Positions 25,243-36,900 of a DNA stretch of 64,000 nt are shown one piece after another. The notes beneath the pieces are model-generated. The model had not been told where the DNA came from and searched no databases. It saw nothing but the letters and a program-made list of their open reading frames with translations. Position 1 is the first letter of the stretch. Each line of letters starts with the position of its first letter. The DNA lies in the IMG/VR virus record IMGVR_UViG_3300045999_008996, positions 62,001-126,000 of that record. One strand, 5' to 3'. Made by a program: the position numbers and the translations under genes.

Positions 25243-25931
25243 ACAACATTACTCTTCATATGACCGACAATAATATTAGGGTCTACAAATACTTTATGAC
25301 CCTGCTCTGCAACTCTCTCACAGAAATATAAATCTTCTCCTAACGGAAGTTCATAAGTTTCTCCATCAACTTCTTGAACAACCTTACCAAGACCAAACCA
25401 AGGTCTTTTTAAACTTTCAAATACTCCAGATTTAATGCACATAAATCCCATACCAACTCCATAAACCTCAATAGGTTCTCCAAGTTTTTGTAAAATTTCA
25501 AGTTCCTCTCTTGAAGTTGGTCTAAAGTCATTTTTGTTTTTGTGTATCATCGCATCCATTCCTTGTGCTTCAAAATACACTGCAGAAATAACTGACTTAT
25601 CGCTCGCATAAAGTCTTAGAAACTGCTCTGGATTCCAAATAATATCACTATCAATACAGAAAATTTTATCATAAGTGTATTGCCCCTTTCCTGGTGAAGA
25701 ATTAAAGACTTCCAGACTTCTTGAACCAGTAATAGTTGCTTCTCTTGCATTTGTTACAAGTGAAGCATATTCGTTTTGATAAATCCAGGAAATCTTATTT
25801 GCTTCTAGTGTATGAATCGTTGCAAGCAGACACTTTACATAGTCTGCACACATTGAATTACCGGGAGTTGTAATCACCACATTGAAGTGTGGTTTTGTTT
25901 GCTGCTGCTGAGAATTAGAATAATTTAACAT
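25236..25931 (-). CDS. GT-A (DxD) glycosyltransferase
   Basis: IDSDI, GMGFMCI, GEDLYFC...VGH. Confidence 0.8.
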   Translation of the reverse strand: MLNYSNSQQQQTKPHFNVVITTPGNSMCADYVKCLLATIHTLEANKISWIYQNEYASLVTNAREATITGSRSLEVFNSSPGKGQYTYDKIFCIDSDIIWNPEQFLRLYASDKSVISAVYFEAQGMDAMIHKNKNDFRPTSREELEILQKLGEPIEVYGVGMGFMCIKSGVFESLKRPWFGLGKVVQEVDGETYELPLGEDLYFCERVAEQGHKVFVDPNIIVGHMKSNVVC

Positions 25932-25935
25932 AAGA

Positions 25936-26655
25936 TTAGATTGTAATCATTTTCTGGTGTCCTACACGAACTTTTGGATTTACCCAAATATCAAATCCAT
26001 ATTTGCGAAAGTCTTCGCACATTGAAATATCTTCTGAACAGACATCTTCGAGAATGGTTCCATCTGGTTTTTGAAGTTGAATGACTCTTGGAACAAACCA
26101 AGGATAAGGAATTTTTTCATAAACTCCTTTTTTAATTAATATCCAACCAAAACCACAATAATCTACTTTAAAGGGTTCTGTCCTGCGAGACATGTCCTCA
26201 ATAGTTTCATATTTGTTAGACCCTTTTTCATAAAGTTCTTGCTTACTCATATGCTCTACAACAGTAGTTTGGTTGGAAAGAACTCCACCATTTGATTGTG
26301 CATACCAACCAGCAGCAATATCCTTATTCATCTTCAGAAGTTCAATCAGGTCTTCTGTCTTGAAAATAATATCACTATCAATCCACATAATGTAATCATA
26401 AGGAACCTGTCCCCTAAAAGGAGTGAGCATTGTTCCTGCATAATTATCTGCTTGCAAACAATCAGTTCGTGCGTGATTCACCATTGAACTGTATTGTTGA
26501 GAGATATAAAAATTAATACCTTGTTGATTGAGGTCAAAGAGCAGTCTTACAAACTGCGTCATAAAAGTTCCAGAGTACATTAATCCAGGAAGACAAAAAG
26601 CAATAGTCTTTCCTTTTAAGTCTGTACTTGATTTATTTGTATAATTTAGAGGCAT
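25936..26655 (-). CDS. GT-A (DxD) glycosyltransferase
   Basis: WIDSDI, GFGWILI, SEDISMC...VGHQK. Confidence 0.8.
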   Translation of the reverse strand: MPLNYTNKSSTDLKGKTIAFCLPGLMYSGTFMTQFVRLLFDLNQQGINFYISQQYSSMVNHARTDCLQADNYAGTMLTPFRGQVPYDYIMWIDSDIIFKTEDLIELLKMNKDIAAGWYAQSNGGVLSNQTTVVEHMSKQELYEKGSNKYETIEDMSRRTEPFKVDYCGFGWILIKKGVYEKIPYPWFVPRVIQLQKPDGTILEDVCSEDISMCEDFRKYGFDIWVNPKVRVGHQKMITI

Positions 26656-26675
26656 ATAGTGCAAATAATAAATTC

Positions 26676-26684
26676 ATTCTAACA
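26676..26684 (-). promoter_or_regulatory. Extended -10 promoter (TGtTAGAAT) at the head of enzyme block A
   Basis: Intergenic, about 20 nt before ATG 26655. Confidence 0.45.
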
Positions 26685-26698
26685 TATCTAGGTAGGTT

Positions 26699-29419
26699 TT
26701 ACCACCAGGTTATTTTCACATATCCATTTCCACCATCACCACCAGTACCAAATCTATTTTGTTCTATGGAGTATCCACCACCACCTCCGCCACCTCCACG
26801 GGTTCCAGAACCTCCGTGTCCTGCTGCTGATGCAGATTCTGTAGATGATGATGTAACTCCACCTCCACTGCCACCAGCAACATAAGTATTATTTCCAAAA
26901 GTAAGAGCGTTAAAACTGCTAATGGTATTAGAAGTTCTAGAACTCCAAATAATTGCATCAGTTGAAGTTCTTATTATTGCTCCACTATCAGCAGCGACAT
27001 AAGTATTGTTTGCTAAAATGACAGAACGAATAGAGTTGGAATTAGTCCCAGAGGTTCTTAGAGTCCAAACTATATTATTTGTTGATGTATTTAAAACTCC
27101 GCTGTTTCCACATGTAATATAAATACCATTTCCGAAAGTAAGAGAAAGTAAAATGCTAGTAGTACCAGAAGTTCTTACAGTCCATATAATTGTGTCAGTT
27201 GAAGATATCAATGCACCACTATCACCACCTGAAACATAATTGGCATTTCCAAACGTAAGTGAACGGAGAGTACTAGTAGTACCAGAAGTTCTTAGTTGCC
27301 AAATGATTGTATTTGTTGATGTGTGTAATCTTCCCCCAGTTCCACAAATTACATATAAACTTCCCGCAAAAATAGATGCAATTACATCACTAGTTCCAAA
27401 TGCAGTAGTTCTTAAAGTCCATTGAATTGAATTTGTTGAAATTGCAAATCCACCACTAATTCCAGAATAAAAATAATTTCCACTTTCGTAATTTAAAGAT
27501 CTCAATTCAAGTGTATACCCAGAAGTTCTTAAGGTCCAGTTAATTGTATCTGTTGAAGTATTTAATAATCCATTTCCGCCACCTGCAATATAAACATTGT
27601 TACCAAAAGTCAAAGAATAGATATCAATAGCACCAAAACTAGAAGTTCTAGAATACCAACTACCAATCCCAGAACTTAAAGCACCTCCACCACCTCCACC
27701 GATACCATAAGAACCGGTATAAGTTCCATAAGCACTATCGGCATCTGTACCATTTCCGCCAGTATTACTTCCACCATTTGTTGTAGTGGTATTTCCATAA
27801 TAATAAGAAACTGAATTTCCTCCCGCATTGGTATTATATGCTCCTCCTCCACCACCAGAAACTTGAAAACTGTTTGTTTGCGTAGAGGAATTTGATGTTG
27901 CGAGTGCTGATAAACCTGTACCCCCAGCAAGACCAGCAGTTCCATAAAGAGGATTAAGTGTCGATGCTGCTACTGCACCACCTGCACCACCTGCAATTCC
28001 TGTATTAGATCCGGCATTTCCAAAAGAAGAAGTAAGTGTATAAGTTGCAGTGCCCGTTGGAGTGTTTCCAGTCCAAGTAACTGTAGTATTTCCTCCATTA
28101 CTTCCTCCACCAGAAGTTGCACCTCCTGCAATAAAGACAGTTCCATATGTCAGTGCTGATATTGATGATGCCTTAAAAAGTGATGTTCTTTGAGTCCAGG
28201 TGATTGCATCTGTAGATGATGAGAGAATTCCAGAAGAACCTGCTACTATGTAAAAGTTATTTGCGTAAGTAACGGCATTAAGAATATCAGTAGAACCAGA
28301 AGTTCTTAAAGTCCATTGAATTGCATTTGTTGATGTTATTAATGTTCCAGTATCACCAGCAACAACATAAGCATTTGTTTGTCCTGATGCATAAGTAAGA
28401 GCACGAAGAATATTACCGGCACCAGAAGTCCTTAAAGTCCATTGAATTGCATTTGTTGAAGTAATTAATGTTCCAGAAGTACCACCACCAGCAACATAAG
28501 GTTCTGCTTGTCCTGATGCATACGCAAGAATAAGCATAGAAGCAGATGTGCCTGCAGTTCTTAAAGTCCAAGTAATTGAATCTGTTGAGGTGTTTAATAC
28601 TCCAGAAGCACCACCGGCAACATAGATATTATTTCCAAAAGTAAGAGAATTAATAGAATTACCAGAACCAAAACCAGAAGTTCTTAAAGACCAAGTGATT
28701 GTATCTGTTGAAGTGTTTAATACTCCAGAAGCACCGGCGACAACATAATTATTGTTTCCAAAAGTAAGTGCATTAAGACCACTAGTAGTACCAGAAGTTC
28801 TTGCAGTCCAAGTGATTGCATCTGTTGAAGAACTTATTACTCCGGAAGCACCACCAGCAACATAAGTATTGTTTGCAAAAGTAAGAGAATTAATAGAAGT
28901 AGTACCAAATTTAGAACCACCCGGAACAGTCTCCCATACAATTCCATCAGTACTGGTACTCATTCCACGATTGTTTCCACCACGACCACCAACACCAACA
29001 GTCACAGTCATCGTAGAGGCACTTCCAAGTTCTCCACGACGAATCAACCAGGAGTTATAAGCACCAGAACCACCTCCACCACCAGAACCTAATGTTCCCG
29101 TGTATCGTCCTGATGCTCCCCCTCCCCCCGCACCGATTGCTTCAATATAAAACTGTGTTGCTGTTGGGGGAATATAGAATGTTCCAGAAGAAGTGAATTC
29201 TTGTGAACCTTTGTATGTTGTATCTCCTATAGAAGTTAATGCGGAATTTATAGGTTTCCAAGAAATACTACCATTTCCTAATGATGCTAAAAATCTTCCA
29301 GCATTTCCAGTTGTACTTGGAAGAGTAGAACTATTATCAATATATTGGCGATTTACAGCATCAGTTGCATTCGATACTACACTAACACCAGTAACTTTAT
29401 TGCTGTCTAATGTTGCCAT
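26699..29419 (-). CDS. Tail-fibre/adhesin-like protein: Gly-rich domain plus two 7-repeat Asp-box propellers
   Basis: STDxIxWTxRTSG repeats x14; DAVNRQYID neck; C-terminal GYVKITWW. Confidence 0.8.
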   Translation of the reverse strand: MATLDSNKVTGVSVVSNATDAVNRQYIDNSSTLPSTTGNAGRFLASLGNGSISWKPINSALTSIGDTTYKGSQEFTSSGTFYIPPTATQFYIEAIGAGGGGASGRYTGTLGSGGGGGSGAYNSWLIRRGELGSASTMTVTVGVGGRGGNNRGMSTSTDGIVWETVPGGSKFGTTSINSLTFANNTYVAGGASGVISSSTDAITWTARTSGTTSGLNALTFGNNNYVVAGASGVLNTSTDTITWSLRTSGFGSGNSINSLTFGNNIYVAGGASGVLNTSTDSITWTLRTAGTSASMLILAYASGQAEPYVAGGGTSGTLITSTNAIQWTLRTSGAGNILRALTYASGQTNAYVVAGDTGTLITSTNAIQWTLRTSGSTDILNAVTYANNFYIVAGSSGILSSSTDAITWTQRTSLFKASSISALTYGTVFIAGGATSGGGSNGGNTTVTWTGNTPTGTATYTLTSSFGNAGSNTGIAGGAGGAVAASTLNPLYGTAGLAGGTGLSALATSNSSTQTNSFQVSGGGGGAYNTNAGGNSVSYYYGNTTTTNGGSNTGGNGTDADSAYGTYTGSYGIGGGGGGALSSGIGSWYSRTSSFGAIDIYSLTFGNNVYIAGGGNGLLNTSTDTINWTLRTSGYTLELRSLNYESGNYFYSGISGGFAISTNSIQWTLRTTAFGTSDVIASIFAGSLYVICGTGGRLHTSTNTIIWQLRTSGTTSTLRSLTFGNANYVSGGDSGALISSTDTIIWTVRTSGTTSILLSLTFGNGIYITCGNSGVLNTSTNNIVWTLRTSGTNSNSIRSVILANNTYVAADSGAIIRTSTDAIIWSSRTSNTISSFNALTFGNNTYVAGGSGGGVTSSSTESASAAGHGGSGTRGGGGGGGGYSIEQNRFGTGGDGGNGYVKITWW

Positions 29420-29440
29420 TTACTTATACCTTCCTTTGGA

Positions 29441-29447
29441 TATTTAT
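29441..29447 (-). promoter_or_regulatory. Late promoter ATAAATA
   Basis: Intergenic, upstream of 29419. Confidence 0.6.
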
Positions 29448-29449
29448 TT

Positions 29450-31249
29450 TTACCACCACGAAATTTTCACATAACCATTTCCACCATTACCACCTCTACC
29501 AAAAGTGGAACCAATAGAGGCACCACCACCCCCACCACCTCCACGAACTCCATTACCACCAGTTGCAGCAATCGAAACACTTGCACCTCCACCACCTCCA
29601 CCATAACCATAAGGAATTCCAGTATAAGTAGTTCCATTAGAACCATTTGTTCCACTATCAGCACCACCAGATGCTGATGTAGAGATTCCATAAACATTAA
29701 TTGTACCACCAGAACCCCCTGACGATATTGTGGAACCAGCACCACTTCCACCACCTGTTGGTTGATACTGATTGGTTTGTGTGGTTGCTGTGAGTCCCGA
29801 ACCGCTTAGAGTTTGTAATGCTCCAGAAAGTCCAGCAGTGGTATAAAAGGAACTTGATTGACTTGCGAGTTGTGCTGATCCTGCAACTCCACCATCACCT
29901 CCACCATTTGCAGTGATTGTATAAGTTCCTCCGGGTCCTGTCCAAGATACTGTGGTTCCTGCTCCTGCCGAACCTATACCAGCATCTGTAGTTGCACCTG
30001 CACCACCGACACCGGGATTGACTGTAAGATTTGAAGAAACAATATTCTTTGGGATATACCAAGAAGTATAAGAACCTGAAGAACCTCCTGCTCCTGATGC
30101 TTGTGCGTATGAGGTTGCTAAAAACGAACTATCTCCAGTAGCAACATAAGTATTATTTCCGTATCTGAGGCTTCTGATAGCTTGTGTAGTGTTGACTGTT
30201 CTTAAAGTCCAAGTAATTGCATCTGTTGATGATGCAATTAATCCAGCAGAACTTCCAACAATAATATAATTACCTCCATACTTAACTCCAACGATAGAAT
30301 TTGATCCAAAACCAGAAGTTCTTAAACTCCAAACAATCGCATCTGTTGAGGTATTTAATCTTCCACTATCACCAGCAGCAACATAAAGATTATTTCCAAA
30401 AGTAATACTATTAATAGAAATAGTACCAAAACCAGAAGTTCTCCGAGTCCAAACAATAGCATCTGTTGATGATATTAAATTAGATTCTAAAGATAGAGTA
30501 CCACTGCAAGCAATATAAGAATTATTTTGAAAGATTATTTCCTTTATTTCTTTTCCTGATCCGAGAGTTGAAGTTCTTAAAGTCCAAGTAATTGCATCTG
30601 TAGAAGTAATTATTTGCCCATTCAATCCACCAAATATATAAGTGTTATTATCAAAAATGGAAGCCATCATTGAATTTCCACCAATACCTGATGTTCTTAA
30701 AGTCCAAGTGATTGCATCCGTAGAACTTCCAAATACTCCATTTAACCCACCTGCTACATATGTTCCATTTCCAAAAGTGATCGTATTAAACCCGTAATTT
30801 GAATTTGAAACCCAATTAATACCATCTGTAGATGACCTAAAAGCATTTAATCCTCCAAAACCAAAAAAAAGATTGTTTGTAAATGATGTGAAATTATAAT
30901 TAGCACCTACTCCACCTGTTCTTAAAGTCCAAGTAACACCTGCTTGTTCTGTAGTTTGCCCTGCACTTCCCCCACCACCAGCACCAACTGCTTCAATAAA
31001 CAAAAGATTAGAATAACTTGGAACTGTAAAGGTCTGCGCTCCAGTTGCTGTGAATTCCTGATAGTTGGAAACGAAATCCCAAGAAGTGCTTGTTCCATCA
31101 GTTGTTGTTAGGAACTTACCAGCATTTCCGGTTTGTGATGGAAAACCACCGCCACCATAATTGTCCACATAATCTTTATTGACTACATCAGTTGATGCAA
31201 AAACTGTTGTAGTAATACCAGAAATAAAATTAGAACCTGCCGTGGTCAT
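29450..31249 (-). CDS. Tail-fibre/adhesin-like paralog with one 7-repeat propeller
   Basis: 7 WTxRT repeats; GYVKISWW. Confidence 0.8.
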   Translation of the reverse strand: MTTAGSNFISGITTTVFASTDVVNKDYVDNYGGGGFPSQTGNAGKFLTTTDGTSTSWDFVSNYQEFTATGAQTFTVPSYSNLLFIEAVGAGGGGSAGQTTEQAGVTWTLRTGGVGANYNFTSFTNNLFFGFGGLNAFRSSTDGINWVSNSNYGFNTITFGNGTYVAGGLNGVFGSSTDAITWTLRTSGIGGNSMMASIFDNNTYIFGGLNGQIITSTDAITWTLRTSTLGSGKEIKEIIFQNNSYIACSGTLSLESNLISSTDAIVWTRRTSGFGTISINSITFGNNLYVAAGDSGRLNTSTDAIVWSLRTSGFGSNSIVGVKYGGNYIIVGSSAGLIASSTDAITWTLRTVNTTQAIRSLRYGNNTYVATGDSSFLATSYAQASGAGGSSGSYTSWYIPKNIVSSNLTVNPGVGGAGATTDAGIGSAGAGTTVSWTGPGGTYTITANGGGDGGVAGSAQLASQSSSFYTTAGLSGALQTLSGSGLTATTQTNQYQPTGGGSGAGSTISSGGSGGTINVYGISTSASGGADSGTNGSNGTTYTGIPYGYGGGGGGASVSIAATGGNGVRGGGGGGGASIGSTFGRGGNGGNGYVKISWW

Positions 31250-31261
31250 TTACTTATCCTC

Positions 31262-33958
31262 CTAGTACCAACTAATACGAACATAACCATCACCACCAGT
31301 TCCTCCAGTACCTGCAGTATCTGTAGATTCTTCATAACCGCCACCACCACCTCCTCCACCCTTGGAACCGTTTCCTCCATTACCTACTGTTCCTGCGATT
31401 GGTGATGTTGCTATTAAACCAGTACCGCCCCCAAGAACATAGAGATTATTTGCATATGCAAGAGCATTATAATTAGTAGCAACACTTAGGGTTTGAGTTA
31501 CCCAAGTGATTGCATCTGTTGAAGTTCTTAAAGTTGGACTGGCACCACTAACTACATAAGTATTATTTTCAAAAATAATATCATAAAGATTACTAGTAGT
31601 ACCGGAAGTTCTTAAGGTCCATTCGATTGCATTGGTTGAAGTATTTAATACTCCACTATCGCCAACAACAAGATAAGGTTCTGTTTGTCCTGGTGCATAT
31701 CTAAGAGTAGTAAGAGCAGTGATAGTACCAGAAGTTCTTAAAGTCCAAACAATTGCATTCGTTGAGGTATTTAATCTTCCACTGTCACCTGCAACAACAT
31801 AAGGTTCACTTTGCCCTGATGCATATGTAAGGTCATTAAGGTTAGTAATAGTTCCGGAAGTTCTTGCAGTCCAAACAATTGCATCTGTTGAAGTTCTTAA
31901 AATTCCGGAAACAGTAGCAAAAACATAAGCATCTGTTTGTCCTGGTGCATAAAGAACAGAATTAATAGCATTACCAATTCCAGATGTTCTCAAAGTCCAA
32001 CTAACTGCATCTGTTGAAGTGATTAAAATTCCATTAGTGGCACTAGCAAGATAAGTATTATTTCCAAAAATAATTGAATTAAAACTATCGACATTACTGA
32101 TTCCCGAAGTTCTTAAAGTCCAACGAATTGCGTCAGTTGAAGTGACTATAGAACCACTGTTGTTGCAAGAAGTATAAAATGTCGAATAGACAATATCATT
32201 AAAAGTATTTGTGGTTCCTGAAGTTCTTATAGACCATAAGACCGCATTGCTACTAGAACCACCTCCACCACTCCCACCGCCACCATAAGATAGTCCCGTA
32301 ATATTTACGCCTCTATTTCCATTCACTTCAATTGATATATTTGCTGCAGTATTATTATAATAATTAATTGTTCCTCCAGCACCTCCAAGAGAAGACTCAG
32401 AAGAACTATAACCACCTCCTCCACCACCAGAAGTTTGGAATGCCGTTGTGGTCGTTGGTGCAGTGTTTCCTACAACTGATACTACCCTTCCTTGTGCTCC
32501 ATTACCACCCGCAGATGCTTGAAGGAAATTTGTATTATTTGCTGGTACTGTTCCTCCAGCACCTCCAAGTAAAAGTCCAGTATTACTTCCAGGACTCCCG
32601 CCATTCACAGTGATACTATGAGTTCCTAATGGTCCAGTCCAGGATACAGTGGTTCCTGCTCCTGCAGTTGCAATAGTTCCACCAGCACCAACATTTACTG
32701 TTAATGAAGAACCTGTGATTTGGTCTTTAGAAAGTATCCAAGATACTGATGCACCTCCACCTCCAGAACCACCAGACATTCCTGTGATTGTTCCTGGGGA
32801 TACTGTGAGAGTTCCTGATGCTCCTCCTACAACGAAAAGATTGTTTCCATAAGTGAGAGCATTTATTTGATTTGTGGTAGTTGAACTTCTTAAAGTCCAG
32901 GTGATTAAATTTGTGGAGGATAAAAGAACTCCTGATGCTCCTCCCACAACATAAGTATTATTTCCATAAGTAAGAGCAAGGAGATTACTAGTAGTTCCAG
33001 AAGTTCTTAAGGTCCATTCAATTGCATTAGTTGAAGTTAATAATCTTCCACCATCACCAGAAACAACATAAGGTTCTGTTTGTCCTGATACATATGTAAT
33101 AGCACGAAGAATACCACCGGCACCAGAAGTCCTTAAAGTCCATTGAATTGCATTTGTTGAAGTAATTAATGTTCCAGAAGTACCGCCACCCGCAACATAA
33201 GCATTTGTTTGTCCTGATGCATAAGCAAGAATAAGTATAGAAGCAGATGTGCCTGTAGTTCTTGCCGTCCAAACAATTGCATCCGTTGAGGTATTTAAAA
33301 TTCCAGAACCACCGGCAGCAATATAAGGATTTGTTTGACCTGATGCATAAGTAAGGGCATTAATAGTATCACTAGAAGAAAAACCAGAAGTTCTTAAAGT
33401 CCAAGTGATTGTATCTGTTGAAGTGTTTAATACTCCAGAACCACCGGCAGCAATATAAGCATTGTTTCCAAAAGTAAGTGCATTAAGAGTACTAGTAGTA
33501 CCAGAAGTTCTTGCAGTCCAAGTGATTGCGTCTGTTGAGGTATTTAATCTTCCAGAAGCACCGGCGACAACATAATTATTGTTTCCAAAAGTAAGTGCAT
33601 TAAGAGTAGTAGTAGTACCAGAAGTTCTTAAGGTCCAAATACTTGCTGTTTCATAAGAACTTCCATCAGTGTTTCCACTTGCTCCTCCGCCACCAGCACC
33701 AATTGCCTCTATCAGCAATTCTTTTGCTTGTGTTGGTAAGTTAAAAGTGTAAGACCCTGCTGTTGTGTATTCTTGACTTGCCTGAATTGGTTCCCAAGAT
33801 ACAGTACTTCCATTTGTAAATAGAAACTCATTCTCATTTCCCGAAGTGGTTGGAAGTGTTCCACCTTTATTATCTACATATTGTTTGTAAGCAGCATCTG
33901 TACCACTTGTTGCTGTTGAAACTCCAGTAATTTGATTAGAACCAACTTCGACTGGCAT
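31262..33958 (-). CDS. Tail-fibre/adhesin-like paralog with two 7-repeat propellers
   Basis: 14 repeats; GYVRISWY. Confidence 0.8.
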   Translation of the reverse strand: MPVEVGSNQITGVSTATSGTDAAYKQYVDNKGGTLPTTSGNENEFLFTNGSTVSWEPIQASQEYTTAGSYTFNLPTQAKELLIEAIGAGGGGASGNTDGSSYETASIWTLRTSGTTTTLNALTFGNNNYVVAGASGRLNTSTDAITWTARTSGTTSTLNALTFGNNAYIAAGGSGVLNTSTDTITWTLRTSGFSSSDTINALTYASGQTNPYIAAGGSGILNTSTDAIVWTARTTGTSASILILAYASGQTNAYVAGGGTSGTLITSTNAIQWTLRTSGAGGILRAITYVSGQTEPYVVSGDGGRLLTSTNAIEWTLRTSGTTSNLLALTYGNNTYVVGGASGVLLSSTNLITWTLRSSTTTNQINALTYGNNLFVVGGASGTLTVSPGTITGMSGGSGGGGASVSWILSKDQITGSSLTVNVGAGGTIATAGAGTTVSWTGPLGTHSITVNGGSPGSNTGLLLGGAGGTVPANNTNFLQASAGGNGAQGRVVSVVGNTAPTTTTAFQTSGGGGGGYSSSESSLGGAGGTINYYNNTAANISIEVNGNRGVNITGLSYGGGGSGGGGSSSNAVLWSIRTSGTTNTFNDIVYSTFYTSCNNSGSIVTSTDAIRWTLRTSGISNVDSFNSIIFGNNTYLASATNGILITSTDAVSWTLRTSGIGNAINSVLYAPGQTDAYVFATVSGILRTSTDAIVWTARTSGTITNLNDLTYASGQSEPYVVAGDSGRLNTSTNAIVWTLRTSGTITALTTLRYAPGQTEPYLVVGDSGVLNTSTNAIEWTLRTSGTTSNLYDIIFENNTYVVSGASPTLRTSTDAITWVTQTLSVATNYNALAYANNLYVLGGGTGLIATSPIAGTVGNGGNGSKGGGGGGGGYEESTDTAGTGGTGGDGYVRISWY

Positions 33959-33959
33959 A

Positions 33960-36900
33960 TCAAATCTCCTCTAATCTTTTCTCTAAATTATCAATTCTTT
34001 GATTTTGCTCTTTGATTGCTTCCACTAAAATTGCAACAAAGTTTTGATAAGCAACAGATTTAGGATCAGTTCCAAAAACAAGTTCTGGGAAAATTTCTTC
34101 TACCTCTTGTGCTATAAAACCAAGAGAATGAACACCGTTTTCCTTATAATCGAATTCAACACCACGAAGAGATAATACTTTTTTCAGTGCATTTTCTATA
34201 GTTTTAATATTTTCTTTGAGTTTCTTATCAGAGTTTGCAGTGATTGTTCCTCCAACAACAACATTTCCAGTTGATGGGGTGAATGTGAATTTTGTAGAGG
34301 ACACATTTGATGTTGTGGTAACCCCGGATGTTGAACTATTGAATAAAACATAAAGGGGAGTAGATGTTGTAGTGTCATCTACTATTGCAAATCCTCCATT
34401 GTTATTTCCTTGAATACCTTGAGTTCCTTGAGAACCTGCAGTTCCAGTAGTTCCTTGAGTTCCTGTAGTTCCTTGAGTTCCGATGGTTCCCTGAATACCT
34501 TGAGTTCCTTGAGAACCTGCAGTTCCAGTAGTTCCTTGAGTTCCAGTAGTTCCTTGAGTTCCTGTAGTTCCTTGAGTTCCGATGGTTCCCTGAATACCTT
34601 GAGTTCCTTGAGAACCTGCAGTTCCAGTAGTTCCTTGAGTTCCAGTAGTTCCTTGAGTTCCTGTAGTTCCTTGAGTTCCGATGGTTCCCTGAATACCTTG
34701 AGATCCGGTAGTTCCCTGAATACCTTGAGAACCTGTAGTTCCAGTAGTTCCTTGAGTTCCAGTAATTCCCTGAATACCTTGAGAACCTGTAGTTCCAGTA
34801 GTTCCAGTAGTTCCTTGAGTTCCAGTAGTTCCTTGAGTTCCAGTGGTTCCTTGAGTTCCAGTGGTTCCTTGAGAACCTTGAATACCTTGAGAACCTGTAG
34901 TTCCTTGGGCACCTCCCGACAAAAGATTAGTTGCAACACCAGCACCTAATGCTGATACATCCCAATATCCACCTCTATTAGTTCCGCCAGTTTCAAATAA
35001 TCTAACTCTATTTTGAAAGACATCAATTGTAACTCCGGTGTTCAATACCGTATTAGTTGTTGCCTTATTCAGTTTAATTTCTCCTCCCTCATCTCCAGAT
35101 GATTGAGTTGATTCCAAAAGCGGTGCTTTTAGAGTTGACCCATCAAAAGTGAGGTTTGCTTCTCCATTAAATGGCGTTGAACTGTTTCCAGTAGCAGTAA
35201 CCACATAATTATCTGTATTATTTGTAATTGAAGTTGCTGCCGATGTTCCCTGAATACCTTGAGTTCCTGTAGTTCCCTGAGTTCCAGTAGTTCCTGTAGT
35301 ACCTTGAGTTCCTGTAGTACCTTGAGTTCCTGTAGTTCCCTGAGAACCTGCAGTTCCTATAGTACCTTGAGTTCCAGTGGTTCCTTGAGTTCCAGTGGTT
35401 CCTTGAGTTCCAGTGGTTCCTTGAGTTCCAGTGGTTCCTTGAGTTCCAGTGGTTCCTTGAGAACCTGCAGTTCCTGTAGTACCTGTAGTACCTTGAGTTC
35501 CTGTAGTTCCTTGAGAACCTGCAGTTCCTGTAGTACCTTGAGTTCCAGTGGTTCCTTGAGAACCTGCAGTTCCTGTAGTACCTTGAGTTCCAGTGGTTCC
35601 TTGAATGCCTGCAGCAAAAGGAGTAGTCCAACTTACACCAACACCAGTTGAAACTAATATTGATCCCGCAACTCCAACATTATTCTCTCTCTCTTTAAGT
35701 CCTGCGCGAAGTCTTAAGTTGCCATCAACATCTAATTTTTCAGTCGGATTTGTAGTTCCAATACCAACGTCATTGTTAAGATTAATTCTTATAGAATTTC
35801 CACCGTTTGCGCCTAATCCAAGTTGTATAGTTCCAGCAGCACGAATATTAGATACTAAATTTGAGTGATTAATAATCAAGTCACCTTGACCACCACTTAC
35901 AAATCTTACATCTCCACCATTACCATTACCATCGACTTCTAACTTATAATTTGTACTAACACCTGCAGCAGGAACACCTATTGCAATTCTTCCATCACCT
36001 GTAACAACAAATGGTGTCACGTCGGGATTTGTTGAATCTTCAACAACTAGTGCATTTCCAGACCCAGTTTGAGTAATTCTTAATGCATCACCAGAACTAT
36101 TAACTGATATTGTAGAAACACCAGAAATATTAAGTTGTGGAACACTTAAAGTACTATCGGTGACTTGCATTCCACCAGCAGCAAGTCTTACTCCATTAGG
36201 TACTTGGGTGCTGCCAATACCCACGCCATAGTTAAACAACCAAGCATCAGTAATGCCTGCACCAATATCACCGCCCCTAAACCACATAATTTTCTTATAT
36301 GTGTTGGGATTAGTTTCCCCTGCAATATTAAGATTTACAAGAGGAGTTCCTTCAGTTGATGCAATAGCAATACCACCGTGACTTGCTGTCGCATCAGTTG
36401 GAGAGAATGAAGTTCCAATACCAAGAACAATGTCTGGGTCTGATATTGTTAATTGTTGGGTATTGAGTTGTGCTGCGGTTCCCCCAATTGTAATAGTTCC
36501 ATCAACATTTAAATTGCCATTAATGTCTGTATTGTTGAGAACAGTTAATGTATGAGCAACTAATTCTGTACCATCAAAAGTTAAATTTGACGATCCAGTT
36601 GGATTATTAGATCCGTCTTTATAAACAACTTGATTTGCAGATCCTGCAACAGGTCCAAAAATACCTTGAATACCTTGGACACCTTGAGTTCCTGTAGTTC
36701 CTTGGGAACCAGTGGTTCCTTGAATGCCTTGGATACCCTGAATACCTTGAGTCCCAGTAGTTCCTTGAGAACCTGTAATACCCTGAGTGCCTGTGGTTCC
36801 TTGAATGCCTTGAATGCCTTGGATACCTTGAGTTCCAGTAGTTCCCTGAGAACCTGTAATACCCTGAGTTCCAGTGGTTCCTTGAGAACCTATAGTTCCT

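Noticed and set aside
34382-35651. Alternative-frame ORFs ([12 protein letters not shown]..., SSSSLSS..., RNHWNS...)
   Set aside because: They are shadows of the 9-nt collagen periodicity, with no RBS, promoter or slippery site seen.
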